A DNA stretch of 64,000 nt from a virus. The DNA lies in the IMG/VR virus record IMGVR_UViG_3300047172_000052, positions 13,854 to 77,853 of that record. One strand, written 5' to 3'. The position numbers and the translations under genes are program-made. The notes under the pieces are model-generated. The model saw only the letters and a list, made by a program, of their open reading frames with translations, was not told the origin of the DNA and made no database searches. Positions 49,531 through 58,928 of the stretch are shown one piece after another; position 1 is the stretch's first letter; each line of letters starts with the position of its first letter.

Positions 49531-52461
49531 ATGTCGAATTTTCGTCCGATCGCCGCCGGTATGGGTCAAGCAGTGGCGGAGAGGACGATCTTGCGGCGGA
49601 AAGCGAATGGTGAGTTGGAAGACTGGGGAGACGTGGCAGATCGGGTTTCACTGGGCAACGCGATGTTGATGCCAGCCACCGATTGTTCCAAGTTCCTGGT
49701 CGAGTGGGATTTGCTTCGTCATCATATCGCCAACGGCAACACCCTCATGTCCGGTCGGCACCTCCAACACGGCGACGTTTTCCAGCCGGGTCGCAACCTC
49801 GAAGTCTTCTCGAACTGCTCTACCAGCGCCACCAGTTTCCTGCTGTTCTACCTACTCCTGAACGGCTCCGGCGTCGGTCGCTGCTACGATGACGACATGA
49901 TGCTGGTCGACTGGAATAACGCCCCTTCGCTTCGCTGCGTGCTGGACACGGCGCACCCCGACTTCGACTACGCCGCGCATGAGAGCAAGCGCGATGCGCT
50001 GCACAAGTATGGCAGCGGCAAGGACGTCATGTGGCACGAGGTTGACGACAGCCGTGAAGGCTGGACCAAGGCGGTCGAGATTTGGGAGAACGCCGCCTTC
50101 GAGCGCATCCACGCCCACAAGATGCTGATCCTGGACTTCAGCAAGGTGCGTGCGCGGGGGTCGCCGATCGGTGGCATGCAGAACCGCCCGGCGTCCGGCC
50201 CCGTGCCACTCATGTGCGCCCTGGACAAGGTGGCGACCCTCAAGGGCTCCGGCATCGCCCGCTGGCTTCAGGCCATGTATGTCGACCACTACCTCGCGGA
50301 GTGCGTGCTGGTCGGCGGCGCGCGGCGCGCGGCGCGCATGAGCACTAAGCACTGGAGCGACCCGACGATCTTCGACTTCATCACGGTCAAGCGCCCGATC
50401 GAGTATGTTGGCAAGACCGTCGAGGAGATCACGGCGCTCCGCAAGGCTTCCGCCCCCATGTCTTTCCTTTGGTCGAGCAACAACTCGATCATGGTGGACG
50501 AAGAGTTCTGGGACCTAGTGAAGTCCACATTCAAGGTCCAGGACGCGCGGACGCAGCACGCCAAGAAGGTCTTCAACCTCGTCTGCGAAGCCGCCTACGC
50601 GGATGGAACCGGCGAGCCGGGCTTCATCAACTGCGACAAGCTGATCCAGAAGGACGACGGCTGGACAGACCTGAACCGTGGCGACTACATCGGCGGCACG
50701 AAATACTTCGTCGAGGACGACACGCAAATCCTTCTGAGCAAGCTGGCGAAGCGAGCGAAGAAGAAGAAGCACCACATGATCGTCAATCCGTGCGTGACCG
50801 GGGACACCGTCATCGCAACCGTTGATGGTCCAAAGACATTTGCTGAATTGGCTGAAGAAGGCGATGACGTCCTAGTCTACGCTTGGCATCCGAAAACGAA
50901 GCTACCCGTCGTTCGGATGATGCGCTGCCCTCACAAGACTAGGTTCAATGTTCCGGTCATCGAAGTCGAATTCGACAGCGGTCTGAAAGTCAGAATGACC
51001 CCTGACCATTCCCTCTTCACCTTTCGTGGTAAGAAGATCAAAGCCAAAGACCTAAAGGTCGGTAAGTCCGTTCGGGCTTTCTCGATGTCCAAGCACCGCG
51101 ACGGGCATCTGAGAGCGCATGCTTGGGATGATGTAACAAACTCCGCCAAACACCAGTGGGTCCACCGCATGATCTGGGAGAACGAGAATGGCCCTATCCC
51201 TGAAGGCATGTGCGTTCATCACATCGATGAAGACAAAGAGAACAACGTGACCAGCAACATGGAGTTGGTCACCGATGTGGAACACAACAAAATTCACTAT
51301 GCGGCTCGCTTTGCCAACGGGTTCGACGGCACCTGTGCCAACCACAAGGTTGTCGCGATCAGGGATGCTGGCACAGCAGACGTTTACAACGGCTGCGTTG
51401 ATGACGCCCATACCTACATCATCGTCGATCCGGAACCGGTTGCTGGCATCCTGTCAGGCATCGTATCTGCAAACTGTGGTGAGATCGCTCTATCCCTGCT
51501 CGGCGGCTTCTGCGTCATCGCAGACGTCGTCCCCTTCCACGCCGAATCGCTCAGCGAGGCCGAGGAGTGCTTCCGTGTCGTCACCAGGGCGCTGATGCGC
51601 GTCAACCTGATGCGATCCGTCTACGACAAGGAGGTCGCCCGCACGAACCGCATCGGCGTCGGCATGACCGGCGTCCACGAATTCGCCTGGAAGTTCTTCG
51701 GTCTCGGCTTCCACGACCTGATCCACGAGGAGAAGTCGCAAGCGTTCTGGAATACCTTGGCGCGGTTCAGCCGCGCCGTGCGTGACGAGGCACACAGCTA
51801 CGCCAAGGAACTGGGCGTCAAGGTTCCGCACACGATGACGACGATCAAGCCGGCAGGCACTACCAGCAAGCTCTTCCTGCTGACCGAAGGCTGGCATCTT
51901 CCGTCCATGCGTGAGTTTGTCCGATGGGTGCAGTTTCGTTCGGACGATCCGCTGGTCCAGACCTACAAGGATGCCGGCTACCCGACCAGGGAACTGGTGA
52001 CCTACGGCGGCACGACGATCGTCGGCTTCCCCACGGCGCCAACCATCACAACCCTCGGCATGGGCGACAAGCTGGTTACGGCATCGGAAGCGACGCCTGA
52101 GGAGCAGTTCACATGGCTTCGTCTGGGAGAGAAGTATTGGATCAATGGTGGACTGGAAGCCGATACCTACGGCAACCAGATAAGCTACACGCTGAAGTAT
52201 CTTCCGTCGAAAATCTCCCTGGAGGACTTCAAGATCATGATGGCGACGAACCAGTCAACTGTCCGGTGCTGTTCGGTTCTGCCGCAGGAAGAGAATTCCA
52301 GCTACGAATATCTTCCGGAGCAGATGGTCACCCAGTATCAATACATGGAGATCATGAAGCGGATCAAGGGGACAGGCGTCAGCGAAGACATCGGCAAGGA
52401 GCACGTCGACTGCGCAGGGGGAGCCTGTCCGGTCGATTTCCAGGAAGGGGCGAAGGCATGA
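49531..52461 (+). CDS. nrdJ: Class II (B12-dependent) ribonucleotide reductase containing an intein
   Basis: SGR.L, NCS, G.GVG, DSREGW, V.GG.RR.A, GEPG, NP/CGEI, RIGVG.TG, TTIKPAGT.S, C-terminal CAGGACP. Confidence 0.9.
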   Translation: MSNFRPIAAGMGQAVAERTILRRKANGELEDWGDVADRVSLGNAMLMPATDCSKFLVEWDLLRHHIANGNTLMSGRHLQHGDVFQPGRNLEVFSNCSTSATSFLLFYLLLNGSGVGRCYDDDMMLVDWNNAPSLRCVLDTAHPDFDYAAHESKRDALHKYGSGKDVMWHEVDDSREGWTKAVEIWENAAFERIHAHKMLILDFSKVRARGSPIGGMQNRPASGPVPLMCALDKVATLKGSGIARWLQAMYVDHYLAECVLVGGARRAARMSTKHWSDPTIFDFITVKRPIEYVGKTVEEITALRKASAPMSFLWSSNNSIMVDEEFWDLVKSTFKVQDARTQHAKKVFNLVCEAAYADGTGEPGFINCDKLIQKDDGWTDLNRGDYIGGTKYFVEDDTQILLSKLAKRAKKKKHHMIVNPCVTGDTVIATVDGPKTFAELAEEGDDVLVYAWHPKTKLPVVRMMRCPHKTRFNVPVIEVEFDSGLKVRMTPDHSLFTFRGKKIKAKDLKVGKSVRAFSMSKHRDGHLRAHAWDDVTNSAKHQWVHRMIWENENGPIPEGMCVHHIDEDKENNVTSNMELVTDVEHNKIHYAARFANGFDGTCANHKVVAIRDAGTADVYNGCVDDAHTYIIVDPEPVAGILSGIVSANCGEIALSLLGGFCVIADVVPFHAESLSEAEECFRVVTRALMRVNLMRSVYDKEVARTNRIGVGMTGVHEFAWKFFGLGFHDLIHEEKSQAFWNTLARFSRAVRDEAHSYAKELGVKVPHTMTTIKPAGTTSKLFLLTEGWHLPSMREFVRWVQFRSDDPLVQTYKDAGYPTRELVTYGGTTIVGFPTAPTITTLGMGDKLVTASEATPEEQFTWLRLGEKYWINGGLEADTYGNQISYTLKYLPSKISLEDFKIMMATNQSTVRCCSVLPQEENSSYEYLPEQMVTQYQYMEIMKRIKGTGVSEDIGKEHVDCAGGACPVDFQEGAKA
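50791..51474 (+). mobile_element. 228-aa intein with an HNH homing endonuclease domain
   Basis: Starts CVTGDT after NP; block B TPDH; ends GIVSAN before CGEI; central VHR.IW...GPIPEG..VHHIDE.K.NN...N. Confidence 0.92.
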
Positions 52462-52685
52462 AACAGGACGAACCTTCGATCCTGGGCCTTCCTACAGACT
52501 ACACGCCGCACATCAGCGACGCAGAACTATTGCGTCGAGCCGTCCAGAACGCCGGATGCCGTGGGCGTAAAGGAACTGTCGAGAGGTGGGTTACGGTGAA
52601 AGCGACGTTCCTTCTAGGTTCTGACTACTCAAAAGCCTTGTGCCAACGCTTCGGATTCAACCCAAATGAAAGGGTGAAAGCATGA
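52458..52685 (+). CDS. Hypothetical protein
   Basis: RW..V...F.LGS..S..LC.RFGFNP.E motif; ATGA overlaps. Confidence 0.7.
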   Translation: MKQDEPSILGLPTDYTPHISDAELLRRAVQNAGCRGRKGTVERWVTVKATFLLGSDYSKALCQRFGFNPNERVKA

Positions 52686-52927
52686 TCACTGTCGTCACGA
52701 ACGGCCCGTGTCCCTGGTGCGTAAAGGTCAAAGGCCTTCTCCGGATGCACGACATCCAGTTCCAGGAGTGGGAGCCGGAGTTCCGCGACCTTCAGGTCGT
52801 CCTGGCTGATCATCACGTGGCGACAGTTCCGCAGGTGTTTCTGGATGACCCGCGCAGTCATCTGAAGGCCAAGCGCATCGGCGGCTACGAGGACACGCTG
52901 AAGTGGATCAATGGAGGGATGTCATGA
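52682..52927 (+). CDS. Glutaredoxin
   Basis: CPWC, TVPQVF, IGGYED. Confidence 0.92.
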   Translation: MITVVTNGPCPWCVKVKGLLRMHDIQFQEWEPEFRDLQVVLADHHVATVPQVFLDDPRSHLKAKRIGGYEDTLKWINGGMS

Positions 52928-53361
52928 CCCTACGCATCAAGCTGCTGACGGACACTGCAACGGCGCCGACACGAGGGTCACCACTCTCTGCCGGCGTCGA
53001 CCTGTATGCTGACATTCCCTTCAAGTCTTCCGGTGTTCAGATTCCTTCAGGCTGGCGCAAGCTGATCCCGACAGGTGTCGCCATGGCTCTGCCGCCGGGG
53101 TGCTATGGGCGTGTGGCGCCGAGATCAGGGCTGGCAACGAAGGAGGGCGTCAACGTCCTGGCAGGCGTCGTTGACGGCGACTATCGTGGCGAGGTGAAGG
53201 TGTTGCTGCACAACACAGGAGACTCCCTCGTCACAATCACGCACGGACAGCGCATCGCCCAACTGATCCTGGAGCAGTGTCTCATCGAGCCGGTCGAGGT
53301 GGTCGCCGATCTGGACGAAACTACGCGTGGAGCGTCCGGGTTCGGCAGCACAGGGCGCTGA
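52924..53361 (+). CDS. dut: dUTPase (trimeric)
   Basis: SAGVDL, PRSGLA, GVVDGDYRGE, RIAQL, RGASGFGSTG. Confidence 0.96.
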   Translation: MTLRIKLLTDTATAPTRGSPLSAGVDLYADIPFKSSGVQIPSGWRKLIPTGVAMALPPGCYGRVAPRSGLATKEGVNVLAGVVDGDYRGEVKVLLHNTGDSLVTITHGQRIAQLILEQCLIEPVEVVADLDETTRGASGFGSTGR

Positions 53362-53636
53362 TCACTGACACAGGCGTCGCTTTCGCTTTCGTGAACGGCA
53401 TTTCCGTGACCACGAAATTCGGAGCAACACGTTGATTTAACGCAAAATAACGGAGAAATAACGCTTCGCCGTTACACGCGCTTACACGGACGCCGTCATG
53501 TTCTCCATGTGTTCGGTTGAATTTTAAGCATTATGCGGGTAGTTAGTCATCCCGACGAAGGAAAGCCACGCTTTCAGCTTCGTCAGCTAAGTGAGAAGTG
53601 TGAAGAGACAGACTGCTAAGGATAGGTGAAAAGGAG

Positions 53637-54290
53637 ATGAACGTGGCTCAGGATTTGATGAAGACGGTTGGTGGGCGCATCCGTGCTCTCCGAGAGAAGG
53701 AGAGCCTGACGCAGCAGGACATCGCCAAGATCATGGGCATGTCTCGTGCTGGAGTCGCCCAGTGGGAACTGAACGTCACCAGTGTGTCGATCCAGAAGGC
53801 TGTCGAACTTGCCAAGCTGTTGCACACGACGCCGCAGTTCCTGGCGTTCGGGATCGATGGACAGCCGAAGATCGAATACATCGAGCGTCCCGATTCGGCT
53901 CGCATCCCCGAGGTGATGTTCGGCGCTAAGCCGACCGAGGTTACGGAGCTTCGTAACTGGACGGTCCCGCAGGACTACCTGAAGGGCGAACTGCACGTCT
54001 TGTCGACGGAGAACCTGATCATCTGGCGTGTGGAGGGCTCCGACATGGCGCCGTCCTACGAATATGGTGACAAGGTCATCGTCGACATGAATGCGAAGCG
54101 CCCTTCTCCGTCCGGCATCTTCCTGGTTTGGGATGGTGTCGGGCCTGCGCTGCGGAACGTCGCAGTCGTGCCGGTCGGTGGCAAGCCAACGGCGCGAGTC
54201 GCGACGCTGGACGGCAAGGAGACGTTCGAGGTCGCTATCGACAAGCTGACCATCATCGGGCGGGCTCGTGGGGTTCTGAAGAACCTGTGA
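53637..54290 (+). CDS. CI-like repressor (XRE HTH plus degenerate S24 domain)
   Basis: GGRIRALR...LTQQDIA..MGMSRAGVAQWE; VEGSDMAP...GDKVIVD...GIF...IIGR. Confidence 0.88.
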   Translation: MNVAQDLMKTVGGRIRALREKESLTQQDIAKIMGMSRAGVAQWELNVTSVSIQKAVELAKLLHTTPQFLAFGIDGQPKIEYIERPDSARIPEVMFGAKPTEVTELRNWTVPQDYLKGELHVLSTENLIIWRVEGSDMAPSYEYGDKVIVDMNAKRPSPSGIFLVWDGVGPALRNVAVVPVGGKPTARVATLDGKETFEVAIDKLTIIGRARGVLKNL

Positions 54291-55029
54291 CGTGAGGGTG
54301 TGTTTGATAGGCACACCCTCCCACACACGTCTGAGCTTCATCGCATGCACGCTTCCTGGTGCAGGGGTCGTGAGCCGGTTGCAGAAGTGCGGCATATTCA
54401 TCGCGCTTCCACTGTGGCCATTTTGCAACAGCGTCTGAAGCTGCTGCCAGTTCGATGGCGAGCCATCCAGGAGGTGGGTTGAACTCCTTGGTCATGCGTC
54501 TCGCTCCAGCAAGATCGAATTGCGCCGAAGGGTCAGGAACCACTCCCGCTGGACGTTCCCACCGAATCGGTAGATCACCCACCACCCGATGCGAGCCTTC
54601 ACGGCGACGCCACGAAAGCCGACCGCAGGACAGGGTGAGAACCAGACGCGGTGGCGTTTCATAGTCCTAGATCGCTTCCGGCGATGAACGCGCGAAGTTC
54701 CGCCGTCCTTGCAACCTTGCCGGCGTGGAAAGCCACATCGAGTATGCGGACAAGCTGCTGTGCCTGATACAGACTCGTGCAGTCGAAGGTCTGCCAATGT
54801 GGGCATCCGGGACCGATCACCTCCCAGCGGTCGCAGGATGGATCGTCGGGTTGGCAAGCTACGCGACTCATCGCACAGGCGTGCTGCAGCCCGTGTGGCT
54901 TCCACCCGTTGATCCTGGCGCTGCTCACGCTACCCACGCCATGCCGGTGAGGATGTCGTTCAGCAGATGCCCGCGCCGGTAGCTGCGCTGCCAGAACGCG
55001 ATCAGGCGGACGAGGTATCCGGTGTTCAT
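54253..55029 (-). other. Small genes downstream of xis
   Basis: Overlapping ORFs at about 54925-55029, 54659-54928, 54492-54662 and 54253-54494. Confidence 0.5.
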
Positions 55030-55220
55030 GCGGCCTCCTTTCTCCACTTCTCACAGAGACGATCCAGCGCCGTCTGACTGACGCGCCGCTTCCTGTTGAT
55101 CACCACGCAGGGGAGTTTGCCGCTGTCGATCTGCGTCCTGACCCACTGCCGATCGAGGTCGAGCAGACCTGTAGCGGTCTGTAGGTAGACGGCAGCGTCG
55201 TCGAGACCCATCAACTTCAT
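55026..55220 (-). CDS. Excisionase-like winged-HTH protein
   Basis: LMGL.DAA.YL...WV...I.SGKLP......RRV...LD; divergent from int across attP; TTGACG-17-CATCCT promoter near 55287. Confidence 0.78.
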   Translation of the reverse strand: MKLMGLDDAAVYLQTATGLLDLDRQWVRTQIDSGKLPCVVINRKRRVSQTALDRLCEKWRKEAA

Positions 55221-55342
55221 GGCGAGCCCGAATCCCTTTGCGCAATCCTTATGTGCGGAGGATGACAGGCTACCGGACGCACGTCAAGTCTGCTTACTTT
55301 GAAACTATCTCAAATGCGCCTCGGCCTCGGCGGTTGCCTCTG

Positions 55343-55706
55343 TGTGGCGAAAAAATTGTGGCAATTTGTGGCAGAAAGGGTCCGCCACAATACGCTGGAA
55401 TACGCTCCAGGAAGCCAAACGTAAGTATTGGCGACCGTGTCAGCATACCCCCGTTTCCGGGTGATGTGCCTCTAAGTGATTGATTTAAGTGGGGAATTTG
55501 GTGGTGCCGACGCGGAGGGTCGAACTCCGGACCTACTGATTACGAAGCTAACGTGCGTCAGAATTACTTACAGTTCCTGTCTATCAACTTACGCTTTGGG
55601 CTTGCCGTTGTGGCTGATTTGTGGCTAAATCAGCCCGTTAGTCAGGTAAGCAGTAATGGCAAACATATCGACACGGACGTTCTTGGGCAAGGGCGGGCTG
55701 CCACAA
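55343..55706. other. attP: core is the 3-prime half of tRNA-Thr(CGT) (55502-55546, minus strand), with arm-type repeats and an IHF-like site
   Basis: Minus strand TTCGTAATCAGTAGGTCCGGAGTTCGACCCTCCGCGTCGGCACCA; (T)TGTGGC at 55343, 55356, 55366, 55608, 55619, inverted at 55384 and 55700; TAAGTGATTGATT at 55473. Confidence 0.88.
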
Positions 55707-56849
55707 ACCCGCTATCAGGTGTCCTATTTCGATGGAGACGGGCGGCGAAAGCGTAAAGACTTCAAGTTGGCTCGTCAGGCAAAATCATTCGTCGAAAGCC
55801 TGACTGAACACCGGAAGGCTGGAGTCTCGTTCAGTGAGGCATCCGGAACCGAGAGTTTCGAGGACGCTACGGAGGTGTTCATCAAGGCCTGCGAGATCGG
55901 GCGCGACGGCAAACCTCCGCTGGAGCCGGCGACCTTGAAGGACTACCGCTGGCGCCTTGAGCGCAGGGTCTTCCCGGTCATCGGGAAGCTGAAGGTTGGT
56001 AAACTCACCCAGGACGATTTCGAGCGGTTGCGCGACACCCTCCTCGCCTCCGGCATCACGCGGGGGTCCGCCAAGCAGACGCTGCTCTACGCCAAGTCGG
56101 TCATGAACCACGCCGTGGCGCGGCGCGTCATCGCCGCCAATCCTGGGACGATCGTTAAGGTGCATCGGGACGCCCGGCGTGAAGCCGTCGCCCGACAGGG
56201 CATCCCTATCCACACCAAGCAAGAGATGACCGCCATCTTAGGTGCTGCCCGCGCCCTGAGTCAGACGACAGGTCGGCTTGCTTGGATGCGGAATGTCTGG
56301 GAGCGGTTCGAGCCGATGCTCCATGTCCTCGTCTACTGTGGGTTGAGAATGTCGGAACTGCGGGGCCTCCCTCGGGACGCCCTGGCGCGTGACGGGAAGA
56401 CGATCCGCATCTACCAGCGAGCCGACATGGGCGGCGTCCTCGGTCCCCCGAAGTCGTCTCATGGGGCGCGCATCATCCACATCACGCCAGGGCTTGCGGA
56501 GAGGCTGCAGGCCTGGATGACGGCTAACCCTGGCGACGTGTCGGGGCTCATGTTCCCCACCGCCAGCGGGCTTCCTATCAGCCACCCCAACATAGCCCAG
56601 CGGATGTGGCGCAGGGTGCAGGAGAAGGCGGCGGTGACAATCCTCCACCCGCACGCCGCACGGCACTTCTACGCCTCCATGATGATCGACCAGGGGATGA
56701 ACCTGAAGGCGCTTCAGGAGAGCCTGGGGCACCATGACCCCATGTTCACGCTGAAGGCCTATGGTCACCTGTTTCGCGACCCGGCGGACATCGCCATGAG
56801 GCAGGAGATGGCGGCGCGGATGCAGTCAGTGCTGGAGGACGAGGACTAG
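55656..56849 (+). CDS. int: Phage integrase (tyrosine recombinase)
   Basis: Arm-binding N-terminus; GLRMSE, PKS, HAARH, LGH, AYGH catalytic set; next to attP. Confidence 0.96.
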   Translation: MANISTRTFLGKGGLPQTRYQVSYFDGDGRRKRKDFKLARQAKSFVESLTEHRKAGVSFSEASGTESFEDATEVFIKACEIGRDGKPPLEPATLKDYRWRLERRVFPVIGKLKVGKLTQDDFERLRDTLLASGITRGSAKQTLLYAKSVMNHAVARRVIAANPGTIVKVHRDARREAVARQGIPIHTKQEMTAILGAARALSQTTGRLAWMRNVWERFEPMLHVLVYCGLRMSELRGLPRDALARDGKTIRIYQRADMGGVLGPPKSSHGARIIHITPGLAERLQAWMTANPGDVSGLMFPTASGLPISHPNIAQRMWRRVQEKAAVTILHPHAARHFYASMMIDQGMNLKALQESLGHHDPMFTLKAYGHLFRDPADIAMRQEMAARMQSVLEDED

Positions 56850-57978
56850 ATGATGATCGAGAACAAAGGTGGCTGCGTGGATACAGCAGCCAAGCCGGGG
56901 GCGTATCCCGTGAACGTCACGGTCCCTGACGTAGGCGTCTCTGCAAGCCCGACAGAGACGACCTCACCAGTGAACACGATCGCACCTGATCCTGGTGAGG
57001 AGGAGACGTTCCCGGCCCCCGGAGCGAAGCCTGTGAAGACGGTCGAGCCGTAACTGGGTGCCGCCGTTTCGTCGAGGCTGGACGCGTGACCAGTGAAGAC
57101 GATGGCGCCTGCCGGCGGCGCGGAAACCTGCCCTAAGATCGGTGCCACGCAGTGAATACGATCGAACCCGACAACGCGCTGATAGCTACGCTAACGGACG
57201 GAGCTTCGCCTGTGAAGACGACCGTTCCAGAGGATGGTGTCGACCCGTTGGTAGGTGCCGGTGCCTCACCTGTGTAGAGGATGGCGCCGGGGTCTGGCGC
57301 CGACGCAAAATCGATGCTTGGAGAATACCCTGTGAATAGCAGTGAGCCGGCATACGGCACTGACGTCTCGCTCAACGAAGGAGCGAATCCCGTCACCACA
57401 ATAGCGCCTTGTGCAGGGGTCAGTGCTGTATTCGAAACCGGTGTGGAACCGGTGAAGGCGATCGCTCCTGCGGCAGGCGTAAGATAGACGTTAGCAGGGA
57501 CGCCAGCCGTGACCCCACTTGGAACCGTGTAGGTGAACGTCGGTGCGAACTTCATCGTCACCGTATCAGCGGTAGTGCCATCCAACGTAACCGCAGGATA
57601 CAGCGGCCCTGACAAAGCGGAGACGTCGAGACCACCAGTGTTGGTCGCGGGGTTCGCCGTCCCGCTGTTGTTCCAGTTGCCGGCGCCAATCTTGGCGTAG
57701 AATTTTCCGTTTACCGCGTCGTAGACGAAGGCCAGAACAGTGCCGGCGGTGATTGCCGCGCCGGTGACAATCGTGCTTCCGTTGACGTCGATGCTACCGT
57801 TTGGATGCAGCAGAGCACCGCCGGTCGCGTGTGCCCCCGCCAGTGATGAGAATGTGGCAGACCCGGATGCAATGCCGATGCCACTATTGGCGCCAGCAAA
57901 AGTGGTCGCTGTCGCTTCCCAATAGTAGGAGCCAGAGCCGAATGCGTTGACCGCACGAATGGCTGTGTTGGTTGTCAT
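56846..57978 (-). CDS. Tail-associated protein: SPRY-like domain plus P.AGAI.FTG.AP repeats, frameshifted near 57150
   Basis: IRA...GSGSYYWE...GI...G.VLAF.YD...GK.Y...LYPA; the repeats continue in ORF 56846-57148, and adding one G (ACTG[G]CGTG) joins the frames. Confidence 0.7.
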
Positions 57979-57979
57979 C

Positions 57980-58918
57980 TCAGGTCGTGCCGTAGAAGAC
58001 TTTTTGGCTTGAACGGATCAGCGTCGTGTCTCCGCTCGCCAGTGCCGTGGTGAAGATGAACTCCGCGCTCCATCCAAGCCATTGGTCCGCACCTGCGCCA
58101 CTCGCAGGTAGCGCATGTAGATAATAGACCCCGGTCGACCCGAAGTTGCCACTTCCGCCAAGACGACTGGTGCTCGTTCCGTTGAATATCATGTAGCTAA
58201 TGTTACTCGTTAGCTGAGAGCAGAACTGAAATGACGTGTTATCGCTGAGAGCCACGGTAGAAGGCGTCACCTGACTGTTTCTTTGGCTCGACAATTTATT
58301 GTCTTCGGACGAAGGCGTCTCTTGAATATAGGCGAAACAACAACTGGTGTTGTTGTTGTAGGCCGTGGTGTCGCCGGTCGCCAGATACGCGGCAACACCG
58401 TTGTAGTTAGTCAAAGCTGAGACCGTGGCTGGATTGGAGACGCCGTGGCACGACATCGTGGTAGTCGTCCCTACCGTCGCGGTCGAGGACGTCAGATACG
58501 CCGTGCTACTTCCACTGATCGAAGGCAGTCCGTTGATCGGGTGCAGCAGCGCGCCGGAACTCACGACCTGAGGCTGATTGGCTGTCGTCGCCTGGGCAGC
58601 GTCGTAGCTCGACCCGGCCTGATCGTATAGCTTGCTGACGAAGCCGTTGCCGGCGCCGCAGAACGAAAGCAGGCTCGCGGTGTCTGTCAGGCCGTTGACG
58701 AAGCCGATGTCCTGCTCGGTGTTGTCCGAGCTTCACCTGACGCGGAAAGCCGAACCGGAATAGGCGTTCTTCAGCTTCCGGCCCATCGAATAGGCGGCGA
58801 TCACGGTGGTCGACCCCGAGATGGAGTCAAGCAGGCCCAGCACGCCGACTGTCAGGTTGCTGTTCGAGAGAAGAGCATCCACCTCATCGGAAGGATTGAG
58901 AGATGTGTAACCTGACAT
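57980..58918 (-). pseudogene. ConA/LamG-like tail domain gene with an in-frame TGA at 58733-58735
   Basis: AAYS..RKLK.AYSGSAFRVR*SSDNTEQDIGF...FV..LYDQAG...QATTANQP, all in one frame. Confidence 0.7.
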
Positions 58919-58928
58919 CGGTCATACC

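Noticed and set aside
55502-55546. Complete phage tRNA-Thr gene
   Set aside because: The 5-prime half is missing; it is the attP core.
11733-58735. Genome-wide TGA recoding or selenocysteine
   Set aside because: Many well-identified genes end in TGA with ATGA coupling; neither tRNA-like RNA has a UCA anticodon loop; no SECIS context is evident.
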